Shown here one piece after another: positions 63,658-64,000 of a stretch of 64,000 nt of DNA. Position numbers and translations under genes: made by a program. The notes beneath the pieces are model-generated. The model had not been told where the DNA came from. It was given only the letters and a program-made list of their open reading frames with translations, and made no database searches. The first letter of the stretch is position 1, and each line of letters begins with the position of its first letter. Location of the stretch: positions 15,190,001 to 15,254,000 of the forward strand of contig CM059446.1 of NCBI GenBank assembly GCA_030390025.1. The letters run 5' to 3'. Source of the DNA: Squalus acanthias. Lineage: Eukaryota.

Positions 63658-64000
63658 TAAATTTAGTTACAAACTTTTTGATTTTTCAAAGGATTATGTA
63701 GCATAAACATGAATCTTCTGCAACTGTGCAGCACTTTTATTCTAAAATGTTATCCTTCATAATATATAATAACAGACATTCTTCCTTTCTAGATTACAGC
63801 CTTACTAACAAGAAAATTGTTTGTGCCATTGAATGAAGTTTTGTTTCTTTCTAGATTTAGTCTGGACTAACAGCACTTACCTGATTGTATTGCAGCTAAA
63901 TGATTTTGATTAACTATTGTAGATACATATTGCTTTTACTAACATTTCATTTATGTATTGCAGTTCTTGGGTATGCACGATTAAATGCCTGATCTTGTTT

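Noticed and set aside
61828-64000. Vinculin exon 20 (GNDIIAAAKRM...)
   Set aside because: No matching sequence found; it presumably lies beyond the window.

Overview
Eukaryotic genomic DNA, not prokaryotic. The window holds exons 2-19 of a vertebrate vinculin gene (vcl) on the + strand, including the muscle-specific metavinculin exon (61609-61827). All 18 exons were read by hand, have GT-AG boundaries and join in one frame; exon numbering follows the human gene. Exon 1 lies upstream and exons 20-22 downstream of the window. The introns contain CR1 and L2 LINE fragments, a decayed L1/Tx1-like LINE, tRNA-derived Deu-domain SINEs, Penelope-like relics with minimal hammerhead ribozymes and several MITEs. 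This repeat mix suggests a cartilaginous fish (inference). Most ORFs in the supplied track are spurious or TE-derived. Main leads: (1) a candidate 3-nt Lys microexon in intron 6; (2) the same Penelope-like terminus inserted in opposite orientations at the identical site of two diverged CR1 copies, suggesting target specificity; (3) intronic hammerhead ribozymes, including a 210-bp near-perfect palindrome upstream of exon 2; (4) inverted CR1 ends around exons 14-17 and exon 18 (circRNA candidates); (5) the regulatory layout of the metavinculin exon. No searches or computations were run; identities are by-eye estimates and TE family names come from recalled motifs.
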